A stretch of 64,000 bases of DNA from Mantamonas sphyraenae STR306 (taxonomy: Eukaryota; Protista; CRuMs): positions 248,001 to 312,000 of the forward strand of contig JAPMXV010000015.1 in the NCBI GenBank assembly GCA_026936335.1, given 5' to 3'. Made by a program: the position numbers and the translations under genes. Under the pieces are notes generated by a model that was not told the DNA's origin, ran no database searches, and saw only the letters and a list, made by a program, of their open reading frames with translations. Positions 27,580-40,296 of the stretch are shown here, one piece after another (positions within the stretch are counted from its first letter, which is position 1; each line of letters starts with the position of its first letter).

Positions 27580-29306
27580 TGGCCGCGATGGATGCACCAA
27601 CCCAATGGATGGCCATGAGTGACTCCCTCGCAACACTGTTTGCTGCGGGCGATGACAACGACCTTGTGCAATACATCCAATCTGTACAGGAGCTCCACGT
27701 GAGCGATCGATGCACTGCTTTCGACCTTCAGCGGCTTGCAGCCGCCTGTGAAAATTCCGGCCTCACATCCCTCACCCTCGCCGACCCCAACACCGTCATC
27801 TTCAGCTCATCCAAACACATGCAAGCCGTGGAATGCCTCCTTGCCGGCCTTCCCCATCTGCAACACCTCGTCCTTCAGGACATCGACACGCTTGCAGATG
27901 GGTTTTCCGACTTGCTGGCACGTGGGCTCCACTCAGGCCCCGTCCACACCCTGTGCACCGTGGACATTGCCGGTTCTGGTGAAGGAGTTGGCCGTCACAT
28001 CCAATGTGCACCCCTCGCGTCGTTCTGGTCTGCATTGGGTGCCTGCACACAGCTGCAGAGCGTGTCTGCGCGATGGCTGGTCATCGACGTCGACTCTGCT
28101 CAGGGCATGGCGCACATGGTCCAATCATGCCCACGGTTGACTCGGCTGGACATTCTTCAGTGCAGAGTGGACGACGAGGAAGCCACACAGGTGCTCGGTT
28201 TGGGTCTTCAGAAGGCCTGTGCACTCACCAGCCTCTCCATCCCGGCACAGTTTCCAGCAGACACCCTGCTTCAATCCACTGCCATCAGGGAACTGCACGT
28301 GTCGGGACAGATCAAGGGAGATGAACCGTTCGAGCAGCTGTGTGACGCGCTTGGTGAATTCGGCCACCAGCTGGAGCTGCTGGACACACACGGCATCGAA
28401 TCCATCCGCCGTGTTTGGGGCACACCATTCCTCACCCGTCCGGTGGCCATGCCTTTGTGCAACGTCCTCTCATCGCTGACCAACCTCTGTGAGCTGCACA
28501 TGCAGGGGATGTTCTTCAACGAGCCCCACAGCAGCGTGTTTGCAGGTGCCCTGCCCCTCTTGCCTCATCTGCGCGTGTTGAAGGTGTGCAGCAAGGAAGA
28601 GTGGAAGGAGGACTTTGATCTCATTGCCGATGCCGTTCGTGTGCATCCCTCCATCCGCTCCCTCACCATCCTCGTTTCCCAATTCAGCGACAGTCTGGCC
28701 AACATGCTGCTGGAGAACAGTCGCCTCGAAGAAGTGTATGGTCTGTGGGACGCCCAAACCTTGCGTCGCTTGTCTGTGTTTGCCCAAGGCACCCGTCGTC
28801 TCCGAATCCTCGGCAGCAACGATGCCGAAAGCAAGACGTTCCTGCACATTGCTGCAAATCGCAAACGCATCCACGACATGCTCGAGGCCATTGCCAACGA
28901 TGACACCACACACGTGTCTGCCCTTCTCGACGATGGCCTCCACGTCTCGTCGACATTTGAAAACATGACGCTGCTTCACTGGACGATTCGACACGGGGCT
29001 GTCGCCGTCGCCCACCTCCTCCACAAACACAACGTCCGACAACACACCAACAGCCTGGAACGACGGCAATGTGCCAACGAAATCCGTGCGCAAGGGGCAT
29101 GGCAGCCTTTGTTGCACTGGTGCATGGATGACACAGCGGATTCCCGCATCGAAACAGTCCTTGCCATCAACACCCATGAACGCGACCTGCTCTTTGACGC
29201 AGGCGACATGGAACACTACACACCCTCTGCACTGTGGACCACCATGCCCGAAGAAGTTCTCCTGCGCATCCTCGCCTTCACGCAAATGAATCCAACTGCG
29301 CTGTAG
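27576..29306 (+). CDS. LRR-ankyrin-F-box-like family protein
   Basis: LRRs, a clear ankyrin repeat (TLLHWTIRHGAVAVAHLLH) and the tail WTTMPEEVLLRILAF. ATGATG overlaps the upstream stop. Confidence 0.8.
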   Translation: MMAAMDAPTQWMAMSDSLATLFAAGDDNDLVQYIQSVQELHVSDRCTAFDLQRLAAACENSGLTSLTLADPNTVIFSSSKHMQAVECLLAGLPHLQHLVLQDIDTLADGFSDLLARGLHSGPVHTLCTVDIAGSGEGVGRHIQCAPLASFWSALGACTQLQSVSARWLVIDVDSAQGMAHMVQSCPRLTRLDILQCRVDDEEATQVLGLGLQKACALTSLSIPAQFPADTLLQSTAIRELHVSGQIKGDEPFEQLCDALGEFGHQLELLDTHGIESIRRVWGTPFLTRPVAMPLCNVLSSLTNLCELHMQGMFFNEPHSSVFAGALPLLPHLRVLKVCSKEEWKEDFDLIADAVRVHPSIRSLTILVSQFSDSLANMLLENSRLEEVYGLWDAQTLRRLSVFAQGTRRLRILGSNDAESKTFLHIAANRKRIHDMLEAIANDDTTHVSALLDDGLHVSSTFENMTLLHWTIRHGAVAVAHLLHKHNVRQHTNSLERRQCANEIRAQGAWQPLLHWCMDDTADSRIETVLAINTHERDLLFDAGDMEHYTPSALWTTMPEEVLLRILAFTQMNPTAL

Positions 29307-29319
29307 CACTCGTGGTGTT

Positions 29320-30381
29320 TCATGCCTTGCCATCCACACACAAAACCTCCATGCGATCGCCATCCAACGCAAGCACTTGCAACCCGCCACGCCATTCCAC
29401 CTGCGTGTCCGCCTGCTTGTCCTGTACACGCACCACCAGACCAAACCATCCGCTGCGTGTGCAGGTGAACCTGGACTTGAACTGCACCGCAGGCACCGCA
29501 ACAGCGCCAGCGCCACCCCCACCTCCTTCTGCACTGTTGTCGTCCAACGTGCTGGCCACACTCGATTCCACCGGCGATGCCTGTGCCACACCCTGTTCGT
29601 CGACAAACAGGAGCTGGTGCGACGCCCCAATGGCCGACGAGTCACCCAATGTCAACCCAGTGACGGTGGTGACTGCAAAGAACGACTGGCCTACCACAGC
29701 CACAGGGGCAGCCTTGTGCATACACTCTTCGTCATGATACAGGGCAACACACACCTGCAGCGCATCCGAGTCTGCGTTGAACAGCACCTGCAACTCGCCA
29801 CTGCATTCGCTCTTGTCCACCTTGTCCGTCACCACCACCTTGAGCACATACGCGTCCGACGGGAGCTCCTTGGGCAGCGTCAGGCTAGCACTCACCGGAA
29901 TCTGCCGCCCACCAAACACAAGCACACTCTGCACGCTACGTGCCGTCTTGAAGTACGAGTTGCCCTCCTGGTCCAACAGGCTCACCTCCACATACACATC
30001 CACCTGTCCCAACGCATTCACAGTCGCATTCTCCACCACAAACCTGGCCCCCCACCGCGTGTCAGGAAACCTCAAGGCCCCCCTCTCTCTCTCTCCCGTT
30101 CCGCTTGCCTTTCCACCCACCCACCCATCCCCCACTCCCCTCCCCCCACCCCACCCCCTAACCCCGTCTCCCACTCACCGCAATCCAATGTCTCCCGGGC
30201 CCACTGCCTTTTGCAACCCCTTCTTCCACCCAAACTGCGCCCCTGTGCCCTCGCCCAGTTCAAGTTGCACCACCCTGAATTCTTCCTCTTCCTCTTCCTC
30301 CTCACCCTCCATTTCGCTCTGTGTCGTCTCCGACTCCTCTGCGTTGCTCTCTGTCTCGCTCAGTCCGCTGGCACTCGACAT
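29320..30381 (-). CDS. Hypothetical protein with acidic N-terminus and beta-sandwich-like domains; intron 30178-30044
   Basis: A GTGAGT donor, CTGAC branch-like site and CAG acceptor join DIGLR to FVVEN in frame. Confidence 0.55.
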
Positions 30382-30476
30382 CTGCCCTTTGTGCCCTGGT
30401 GGTCGAACGATGCAATGGATGCCCTGGCGCCGCCAAGCTCCTTTCGCTTTCCTCGTCCCGCTTTTCGCCCCTCAGA

Positions 30477-33400
30477 ATGAGTGCCAAGGATCGCATTGAG
30501 CGAAATACCATTTGTACGTTGTTCCCATGGATGTGTTCCCTCCCCCCTTACCAATACCCTCCACCCGTGGGTTCCCCACCCACCATTCCTGCTGCCAGCC
30601 TGACAAATCCCAACCGTCAACTCACCCGTCTTCCTCACCCCCCCCTCCCCCCCATTTCCCATCCACAACCCCCCACAACCCCCCACCCGACACACTCCCC
30701 CCCACCCCACCCTCAACCCTACTCCCTCCCTCTATCCACCGTTGCCCGGGTGGCCCACGTCCACTGGCACAGCGCTGAAGGAGCAAGAGTTCTACAGCAA
30801 CATGGCCAAGAACGCGGACATCTCCCACCCGATGGCGTTCAAGATGCTGGACCTGTGGCACGACTATGACTCACAGTTTGTACACAAGGCAGACTCTGCC
30901 ACCACACAGCAGGCTTTGGAGTACATTGGCAAGCTCACCGAGGTGTTGGAGGAGAACTACACGCGCAAACCCGCGGACGACACTGCCTCATCCACAGACC
31001 CCTCCTCAACGTCCTCCTCCTCCACAGGCCTCTCCACCATCGATGAATCCTCCTCCTCCTCAGCTAATTCCAAGGACGACAAGAAGAAACGGGGCTTGTT
31101 TTCAGGCAAGAAAAAGGGAGACAAGTACGCTTTTGCCAATGCTTTGCTTGTGCCAACCCCACCCTTCCCCCCCCTGCTCCTTGCTCACCCACACTCACTC
31201 ACCTGGTATTACCCGTCTCAGATCACCGGCGGAAGCAATGATGGCATCCACGCCGACGCTGACCAACACCATCGAGGTGATTGACGTGGAGGCACAGATC
31301 CGCCTGCGGGAGATCTTGCTGATGACGTTGGGCACGCTGATCCACATCCACCCGTCGCAAATCGACACGTCAGTGCTGCAGGCAGTGACCACACTTGTGT
31401 CCAAGATGCCGGACAGTATGATGGGAGAGGCGTACCAAAAGGTGTTGTGTGATTGGCGGGTGTGGATATACACCTCCAGCAAGGTGCAAGACGCACTCAT
31501 CGACCACCTGTGCAGCGATCCCGACCATGTGGTTCACATGACCGTACGCACCGTCCTCCGCAACGTCTGCCTGTGCTTCTGGGACACCGTGCAGGAGTAC
31601 AGCCTGGGTGAAACCGTGCCTGCATCCTTGTCAAAGAAGAAGGACAAGGACAACGACGCCGCCGCCGCCCATCTGACCGATGCCACACGGCCCGACGCCA
31701 AAGAGACGGCCCGTTTGCGTGAGCGTCTGTTTGCCCTACTGGAGTATGTGTTGGAACATGGCAACAGCAAGGGTCGCCTGACGGTGGACCACATCCACGC
31801 CTTTCTGGACTTTCTCAACACATGCACCGACCCAGTCTCCCTGCAGGCTGTGTTGGATCGCTTTGCTGCCCTGGTGGCTGCGGCCGAGGAGGGGCCCCAT
31901 GCGAAAACGGTGCATCTCGACGTCTTCCACAACCTCTGGTGGCTGCAGGGCGTGGACACCCTTACGCGTCTGTTGCAACCGCAGCACAGTGACGATCTGG
32001 TGTACAGTGCCGTTTGTATGCTCATCAAGGTGTACCACGTGCAGGTGGGTGGTGGTGGTGGTGGTGGTGGCGGTGACCCTGCCGCCGTCCTTGCTGAGCT
32101 CTTTCAGGACCTCCAGTACTACCTGTACCAACGACCCTTTGACATGCGCATCTACAACGCCCTCATGTGCTGGGTGTGTGACGACTGGCATGCGTTGCGT
32201 ACGCAAAAGCCCGGGGCGGCACAGATGGACCTCACGGGACGTCCCCTGACACACATGTACCCGATTGCCGGTGTGTTGGAAACGGTGGCTGTGGTCACCG
32301 CCATCGACGACGACAACGCACAAATCAACGGCAACATGATCGACAGCCTGACCGAATTGCTGGCCGCCGATGTGGCCAACTGTGTACAGTGGGTACGGAT
32401 GCCCAACAGTGCCGCCTGTCTGGTGAAAGTGGTCATTTGTGGGTACCCTCGTCTCACGGATCCCATTGTGCAGAGCACCCTGAAACTGATCGACACCCTG
32501 GTGTGCCAGCTGTTTGAACACACCTACGCCGCCCATCGGCACCTGCGTGCCGTTCTCGACGCCTTCCTCGTGGTGGAAGAAGCCTACGGTCAGGATTTGT
32601 ACTACGACACTGTGGTGCGTGCCATCCTGACCAACCTCTGCCTCTCCCTGGCCTCACGAGCTGCCCACGCCGACGACAAGGACCTCCTCGTGCTCAACCT
32701 CCTTCCCCTGTCCGACATCGTCGAGGAGTATCTCTTCTACCGCACCGAACTCGTGTGGGAGAACCAGGACATGGAGGAACCCGAACACACCGGCCCGGGC
32801 GAACACGGCGTCACCACCCTCCTCGTGCCCCGCCGCGACGAACACGGCAAGTGGATGGATCTGCAACTGGCCGACGCCTGGCTGGAACTTGTCCTGGAGG
32901 CAAACGTGCCCCTGGACATCGATGCCCATTCGGAGCAGCGAGGCATGGCAGGCCTGCGCGGCGATGGCGTTGTTGCCACCGGCGGCAGCGGCAGCGCCAG
33001 CGGCACCGCAGATGCCACAGGGACAGGGACCATGGAACGCAGCAGGCACGAGTGGATGTACAGGCGACCAGGAGGCTTCCTGCGTGTGTTTCTGCGAGTT
33101 CTCATGGCCCTGGTGTACGAAACCGAGGACGAAAAGGCCATGAAGAGGTATGTGGTGCAAGTCAAGGCACTGTACGACCACCTGAGTGGACATGCCACCA
33201 ACGTCCTCAGCATGCTTGCCCAACGCACCGCACACACCGTCGTCGACTTTTACGCAGAGGGCCTCGCCAACGAAGACCAGGCCATTGCCAACATGAGCAC
33301 AGGCTACCTCCTTGGCTGTCTCTACGACTGTCTCGTCGATCGCACCCTCACCCTGGCTGGCGACGACAATGGGAAGTCTGTGGGCACACCAGCTGCCTCT

Positions 33401-33980
33401 GCCTCTGCCTCCTCCTCCTCCTCATCATCATCATCATCATCATCGTCATCGGATGACAAAGAAACCCCTGCTGTGTTGCCCATGGTGGAACTGCCCAGCA
33501 CCATGCCCAAGATCCTCATTGGATTGTTTGGGGCATTCAAGCGGATGCTGGAACAGGACAAGGACATGCAGGCCCTCGAGCCCGAGCTGGGCAAGCTGGA
33601 CAGCATGGAACTGAAGCCACTCATGGAAGACCTGGATGTGCGCATGCAGACCAATGCAGGCCTCACAAACTACCTCACCGGGTGCAGGGATGTCCTCGAC
33701 TATGAGTTTGAGGTGGTCTTTGGCTCTCTGGTGGTGCGACAGACCCTCAACACCATCAAGGAACATCGTCACAAAGGCGATGACAAGCATGCCGCCTCTC
33801 AACACCAGCAGCAGCAGCAGCAGCAGCAGCCCTCTTCATCCTCCAACCCTACCGTTGATGATGACACAAAGGGCAAAGGCAAGTCCACCACAGAAGAACC
33901 ACCAACATCCTCCCTCCTCCTCCTCCTCCTCCTCCTCCTCCTCATCCTCGTCAGCAGTCCCATCCATTGTGGTAGAATGA
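30477..33980 (+). CDS. Neurobeachin/BEACH-family-like alpha-solenoid protein without a visible BEACH/WD40; introns ~30514-30772 and 31125-31221
   Basis: Motifs LCDWRVWIYTSSKVQ and WMDLQLA...RPGGFLRVFLR recall BEACH-protein solenoid regions. Splice sites join in frame; the 3' end is inferred via a frameshift in a (CCT)n tract. Confidence 0.5.
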
Positions 33981-34070
33981 ACGACATGCGCATCCCCCCA
34001 CCCACACCCCCCCAACCAAACAAACAAACCACCCTCTCCCTCTCACTCACTCATTCACAGCCCGCACCAA

Positions 34071-35106
34071 ATGCTGGAATCCTTGTTTATCATCAACGTG
34101 CAGGGCGACGTGGTGATTGAAAAACACTGGCGTGAGGTGACATCGCGTGTGGTGTGCGACTACTTTGTCAACGAGCTTGCCAAGTGTTCGTCCTGCAACG
34201 AACTGCTGCCCTGTCATTGTGACCCCCAAGTACTACCTCATCAACACATACCTTGCCAAGGAGAACCTGTTCTACGTGGGCGTCGTCAAGACGGAAACCC
34301 CGCCCCTGCTGGTCATTGAGTTTCTCAACCGCGTCGTCGACATCTTCCGCGACTACTTTGACAACGACGTCAGCGAAGACTCCCTCAAGGACAACTTCTC
34401 CACCATCTACCAACTCCTGGATGAGATGATGGACAACGGATTCCCCTTCACCACAGAGGGCAACGTCCTCAAGGAGATGATCCTCCCGCCCTCCTTCTTT
34501 GGCAAGTGGAGCAACTTTGTCACAGGTATGTGCCCCACCACACACCACCACCACCACACACACATATGCACCTGCTACCCTTTCTCCCTCGTAGACACTA
34601 CACGCACCCTTGCCGAACCCTCTCTGCCCACCGCCGCCGGCCATCCACGCTCACCCCCCGCCCCCGAAAATCCCCTCTCAGGCAACTCCAACGTCTCCGA
34701 ATCGCTGCCCAGCGGCTCTCTCAGCAACATTCCCTGGCGCAAGTCGGGTGTCAAGTACGCCAGCAACGAAATCTATGTCGACATGGTCGAGGAGATCGAC
34801 TGCATCGTCAACAGGTGCGTGTGCAAAAAGACCTTGCGTCCGGCCTCTTTGTTCTTCATTTCCCGTCCGCTTGCCCAAACCCACCCCACCCCTCCCTCCC
34901 TCTGACCCCGCTTGCTGACACCATCCACATCCCCAATTGGTTGGTTTGACCTCTCCATTGCACACACTGTGCACAGCAACAACATGCAGATCTCAGCCGA
35001 GGTGTCGGGGGAGATCCGTGTCAACTGTAAATTGAGTGGCATGCCCGACCTGCTCATGACCTTTCAGAACCCAAAGCTGCTGGGTAAGTTGACCCCCCCT
35101 CCCTCC

Positions 35107-35137
<31 letters not shown>

Positions 35138-35819
35138 CCAAACTCCCTTCCCATCCCTGTGTGCCGCTTTGCCCTGTCTCCACTTCCCTTCTCTCTCTCA
35201 CACACACACACACGTCTCTCACCACCCCTCAGACGACTGCTCGTTCCACCCGTGCGTTCGCTACAGCAACTACGAACAGAACCGAGTGTTGTCCTTTGTG
35301 CCTCCGGATGGCAACTTCAAGCTGATGGACTACCGGGTGACACAGAGCAGCGTGAGCCTGCCGATCATGGTTCGTCCGGTGATCCAATTCAGCAACGACA
35401 GCCGCGGTGGCAAGTTGGAAATCTCGGTGGGATTCAAGGACATCAAGTTTGGGGGCAGCAACAAGAAGAGCAAGGGGTTGGAGGACGTGGCACTCACCAT
35501 CCCCTTCCCCAAGGTGGTCAGCTCCGTCAATGCCAGCGTGACCCAAGGCTCCCTGCTCTTTGACGAAAAGAGCAAACTGCTCACATGGAACATTGGCAAG
35601 ATCAAAGGCAAGTCGCCTGTGCTGTCGGGCCACATCCCACTCGTGGCAAACGCAGAGATTCCAGAGAGCACCCCTGCCATCAGTGTCTACTTCAAGCTCA
35701 GCTCCTACGCAGCCTCGGGGCTCAAGATCAACCGTCTCGACGTCACCAACCAATCCTACAACACCTTCAAGGGTGTCCGCTCCGTCACCATGGCAGGCAA
35801 CTTCCAGGTGCGTACGTGA
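34071..35819 (+). CDS. AP3M: AP-3 complex mu subunit, 3 introns, one apparent frameshift near 34210
   Basis: MLESLFIINVQGDVVIEKHWR, LLDEMMDNGFPFTTE, IPWRKSGVKY, CKLSGMPDL, SFHPCVR...LSFVPPDGNF, FKGVRSVTMAGNFQVRT. Confidence 0.92.
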
Positions 35820-35820
35820 T

Positions 35821-35858
<38 letters not shown>

Positions 35859-35937
35859 CAAAACATTCATCATTCTTTCTGGTCTTCCCTCCAATTGCCC
35901 CTCCTCTCCCCTTCCCCCCTTCCGCCCGTTTTGTTCC

Positions 35938-36798
35938 TCACAGTTCCTCAATGACAATGGACACAAGGGTGGCATTGCCACCGACGTGCTGGAGGGCACG
36001 GTCGGCCTGCAGGCGGTCGATAAAGTAATTCTCGCAGCGTCCACGACACATGGGGTGCACCTCCATGGCGGTGTTGCGTTGGTCAAACGTGGCCTCCCGT
36101 GCCACACAGATGGCATCGGCCCCCTTCCACGGCACCATCTCCTCGCAGGGACACACAAACGAGTGGCACCTGGGGTGTGCCACACACGCCTCCACCGCCC
36201 GGTTCCGTCGATACGAACACTGCTGCTCGATGCGATTGCCCGTCTCACTGTCCACACAATGATCCGCACCGCAGTGCGACACAGGCGCAGGGTCGATGCA
36301 GTACCGTGCGTCGTGGGGAATCACCCGAAACGAAATGGCGCTGTCCCCACGCATCAACTTGGCGTACACGGTGCCCTCCTTGTTTTCCCTCGTCTCCCCC
36401 TGTGCCCCATTGTGCAGTGTGTCTGTTTCCCCTTCCCCCTGTCCTTCCTCTTGCTTTCCGGCCCCCTGGGTCGTTCCGTCCCCGTCGCCTCCACTTGCCC
36501 CTCCTCCGCTTCCTCCGCCCACGCCATCCCCTCCTGCCCCAGGCCCTCTCGACTCTCCTCCTTCTGCCTGCCCATCTGCATCTGTGGGCAGTGCCTCATC
36601 GTGCAGTTTCATGCTCATGCACTTTTTCAACACAACCTCCTCGTGTTGCAACTCGGCCTCCAGCCTACGCAACTCCTCCTGCCTTTCCCGTCGCTCACGT
36701 GCCACCACGTCAATCTGTCCCTGCAGACGCCACGAGTACAGACCCGTTATTAACAACAGGGCCAACATAGCCCCCGTCCAGACCCCATTCCCCTGCAT
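35938..36798 (-). CDS. Hypothetical single-pass membrane/secreted protein with coiled coil and Cys-rich C-terminus
   Basis: N-terminal hydrophobic helix (AMLALLLITGLYSW), coiled coil and a Cys-rich end. Confidence 0.55.
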   Translation of the reverse strand: MQGNGVWTGAMLALLLITGLYSWRLQGQIDVVARERRERQEELRRLEAELQHEEVVLKKCMSMKLHDEALPTDADGQAEGGESRGPGAGGDGVGGGSGGGASGGDGDGTTQGAGKQEEGQGEGETDTLHNGAQGETRENKEGTVYAKLMRGDSAISFRVIPHDARYCIDPAPVSHCGADHCVDSETGNRIEQQCSYRRNRAVEACVAHPRCHSFVCPCEEMVPWKGADAICVAREATFDQRNTAMEVHPMCRGRCENYFIDRLQADRALQHVGGNATLVSIVIEEL

Positions 36799-36895
36799 GC
36801 AACAACGTGTGCCAGCACACTTTTTTTGCTTTTCTTGTTTTTGTTGGTTTGGCTTGCTTCTTGCCGCTTCCCATCGTGGCTTGGCACACTCTCCT

Positions 36896-39882
36896 TCACA
36901 CACTTCCAAATGACCCATCCACACTCTCGGACCGTTTCGACCTGCCTCCTCCCATCTCGTCATCCGACGATTCGCTTTCGCTTTCGCTGTCCATGGTGCC
37001 CTTCTTCATCACCCGCTTCAACAACGAGGCCGACCCCTTGATGCGACCACTGCCACCCGACAGACTGCTCCCACTTCCACTGCGTGCACCTCGACTCGAT
37101 CCATCTGTTGCACCACCACCAGCACCACCACTGCGTCCTGACGACGACTCATTCACCCCCGCCCTCCTGGGTTCCGGTGTGTTGCCCCTCTCCTCCAGAA
37201 AGTCCTCCCCTCGCCATTCCTCCTTGCGCACACTCTCCCGTTCCACCAGTTCGTCCACGTCTGCATACCGAATGGTAACATCGCCATCCTCGTCGTCCTC
37301 CTCGTCGTCGTCTCCTCTTCGTCATTGTCTCCCACATCATCATCATCATCCTCCTCCTCCTCATCCTCTTCTCCCCCGTCCTGCCCATCGTCCTTCCCAT
37401 TCCCATCCTCTCCTCCTTCCTGCTTCTTCTTGTTCTTGCTGGCTGCACTTGCCCTGCGACTCTTCTTCGACGAAGCACCACCACCACCACCACCACTGCC
37501 ACCGTCGCCTCCTGTCCCTCCTCCTGGCCCCTCCATGGTCACCACTGTGCTCTGGCGTTTGTACTCCTCGTACGTCAGATCCGGTGTCAGGAACCACAGC
37601 AGCTCGTCGTCCAGACACAGGGCCGGATGCTGCACCACCCCCTGCAGAAAGTGTTCCAACCCTGCCATGCGCTTGTCGAGAAAGGTGGAACGGAACCGAC
37701 CGATGGCCTTCTTCGGTGGCATGGGCGGCAATTCGATGTTGGGATGCTTCTTGGCCAGCTTCTTGGCCAGCTTGTGGAACTCGCTGTATCGTCGTCGCAC
37801 AAGGATGCGTGAGCCCTGGTACTTGGCCAGTGCCGTTGTGCCCACCACCAGGAACGTGGTGAAATCCCCATTCACGCTCTGGTGTCGCATCGGCTCCGTC
37901 ACCTTCAGATACGGAAACAGTTTCGCCACGGCAAACTCATCCTCGCCATCACCAACAGCCCCACCAGCCGGCACACCCACCAATCCATCCCCAGAGGATG
38001 AGGAGGATGATGAAGAGGAGGAGGAGGAGGAGGAGGAGGAGGATGCCCTCGTGGCCTGCACCTGCTCCAAACGACTCTCATTGGCCAACTTGTTGACCGC
38101 AATGGCATCACGCAGAGTGGCAATCCACTCGCACAGTTCCGCCTCGTCCTTGCAGCTCACCGGGTACAGTGTGTCGTCGCCTGTGCGGATGATGAACACG
38201 TTCTCCTTGCCCCCATACTTGCCCGCATACACCACACTCGTGTCTGCATTCAACGAGATCTGGCCCTTGTTGTCGATTTGTTCGTCGTTTGTGTAATAAA
38301 ATAGGGTGAAGCCCCAGGTGCTGTCCTGCAGGCTGAACCAGCGTGTCTTCCAATTCTTGATGAAGTGTCCCTGCTTCACCAGCAGACCATCCTTCACCAC
38401 CTTTCCCCTGTCATCCACTCGCTTCCCCCCAAGGTCGCTGCTCTGTCGAATCTCTGCCCGTTGCAACTGATGCCAGCTGCTCTCCAGCTTCAGAAAGTCC
38501 TCAAACTCGTGCACAAACGCAACCTGCCGCTTCGTCTGGATGCTGTGTGGTCGTCGGCTGCGGATCAATTGCACCACCTCGTCTGCGTCCATCTCTTCCT
38601 GGGTGTGAAGCAACAGGCATCCAATCAACAGTCCCGTCCGTCCCAGGCCCGCGTGGCAGTGAATGGCAATCTGTGCGTGTCCGCAATGATGAGATATGCG
38701 TGTCAGCTCCAGGACGGGTACACACACACACACACACACACACACACCCCTTTGTGTCATCATCCCACTTACCTTCTTCCCGTCATCCAGATAGGGTGTC
38801 AACAGCTTGCAGATGCGCAGAATGTGTTCGTAGTTGGGCACGCCAAAGTCCTCCCAGCCAAGATGGTAAAAGTCCACTGCCCTCCCGTGTCAGCCAACAC
38901 ACACACACACACACACACACACATATTGCATGCCACTGCCCACCACCCACCCACCCACCCACCACAAATGTTCCTCACCAAACACTCACCTCCATGATCC
39001 GAAAACTCTTCGGGCTTGTAGCTGAAGCCCGAGTCGTTGTGAATCCCGTCGCCGCAATACGGGTGTTCGCCAAGCTCCTGCAGGTTCACAATGCACCCTA
39101 TGTTGTGTCTGTGTACGTTTCAAAAGACCACCCCACACCCCACAATGCCATAGCCCATGTGCAACCGCCCACGTGTCAGTCAGGATGCACGACGCAAAGG
39201 TCAAAGGCATGCGCCGCCGCCGTCCCCCTTTGCCCCTCCTGCTTCCCGCTTTTCTTCGTTGGCCCGCCTCCACGCACACACACGCACACTGCAGATCCCA
39301 TGTGGACACCACCCGTCCACACACATACACACGCATGCGTACGTGCCACCACCATCCCCTCCTTGTCTCCCTGTGTCCTTCAAACCTACTCTTGGAACTG
39401 GGAGATGATATCAAACTCGCGGATGAGCCTTGACGACGGCCGCTGCGTCGCCAGGATGTTGTCTGTGATCCAATTGGAAAACATGCCTGTGTCCATTGTC
39501 ACCGGGACAGGTCAATGGCAAGGGGACCTCGCGTGTCAGCAAGGTGATGTATGCAAACGGGCCGGAGGAAAAGACGACACAGCCCCGCAGACGGGCCAAG
39601 CTGCTGGCAGGACACTCGCAGTCTCGGCTGATTGACAATGCGTGACACCCACACACACACACATCTCTCTCTCATTCTCTCTCTCTCTGTCTCTCGTTGC
39701 TTACCTGTGATTGCGTTCTTCTCGTACCGAGAGTGGTCCTCCCATTTGCAACTCTTCCCTCCACAGAACACACACACTCCTGCAGACATCTTGGACAGCC
39801 GTCGAGTCGATCCCTCCAGTTTCTCGCCGTCCACCGACTGCGCCGAATTGTGGCGCTCCAGCTTCGCAGGGGACGACGACAT
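36896..39882 (-). CDS. PTPDC1-like tyrosine/dual-specificity phosphatase fused to PH and PX domains, multi-exon
   Basis: CVFCGGKSCKWED, SNWITDNILATQRPS, NLQELGEHPYCG, active site HCHAGLGRTG, PH (KQGHFIKNWKTRWF) and PX (VRRRYSEFHKL...PPMPPK...RMAGLEHFL). Frameshift in the low-complexity tail. Confidence 0.8.
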
Positions 39883-40296
39883 GAGTTGGAACAGGTCCCG
39901 CAAGCTGCGTTGCACAATTCCACTGTGACGTGACCGCGCCTTGGGACAATGAGAGTCTTGCCATGTGCTGTGGGGTGGTGGTGGGAAAGCATTTGCTGAC
40001 AACCCTGTCTGCCTGAGTCATGCTCCGTTCTCCGCGGTGGCACCCAACTCGGTTCTTTCTTTTCCGATGGCCAACGTATGTTGTGGCCGCCCACGTGTCT
40101 CTCCACTGCCCACTGCCCTCCTCTTTCTGCGCTTCTCTTTCTCTCTGTCTCTGCCTCTCTGTGTGTACGTGCCTCCTGACACCCAACGACACTGCTACAG
40201 GCAACCTTCCACTTTGCCTACGAGCAGGCGCTCCCAGGCGGAATCGATAGGACAGACCTACGCCACAAACGCAATGTGCCTATCCAACTCATCAAC

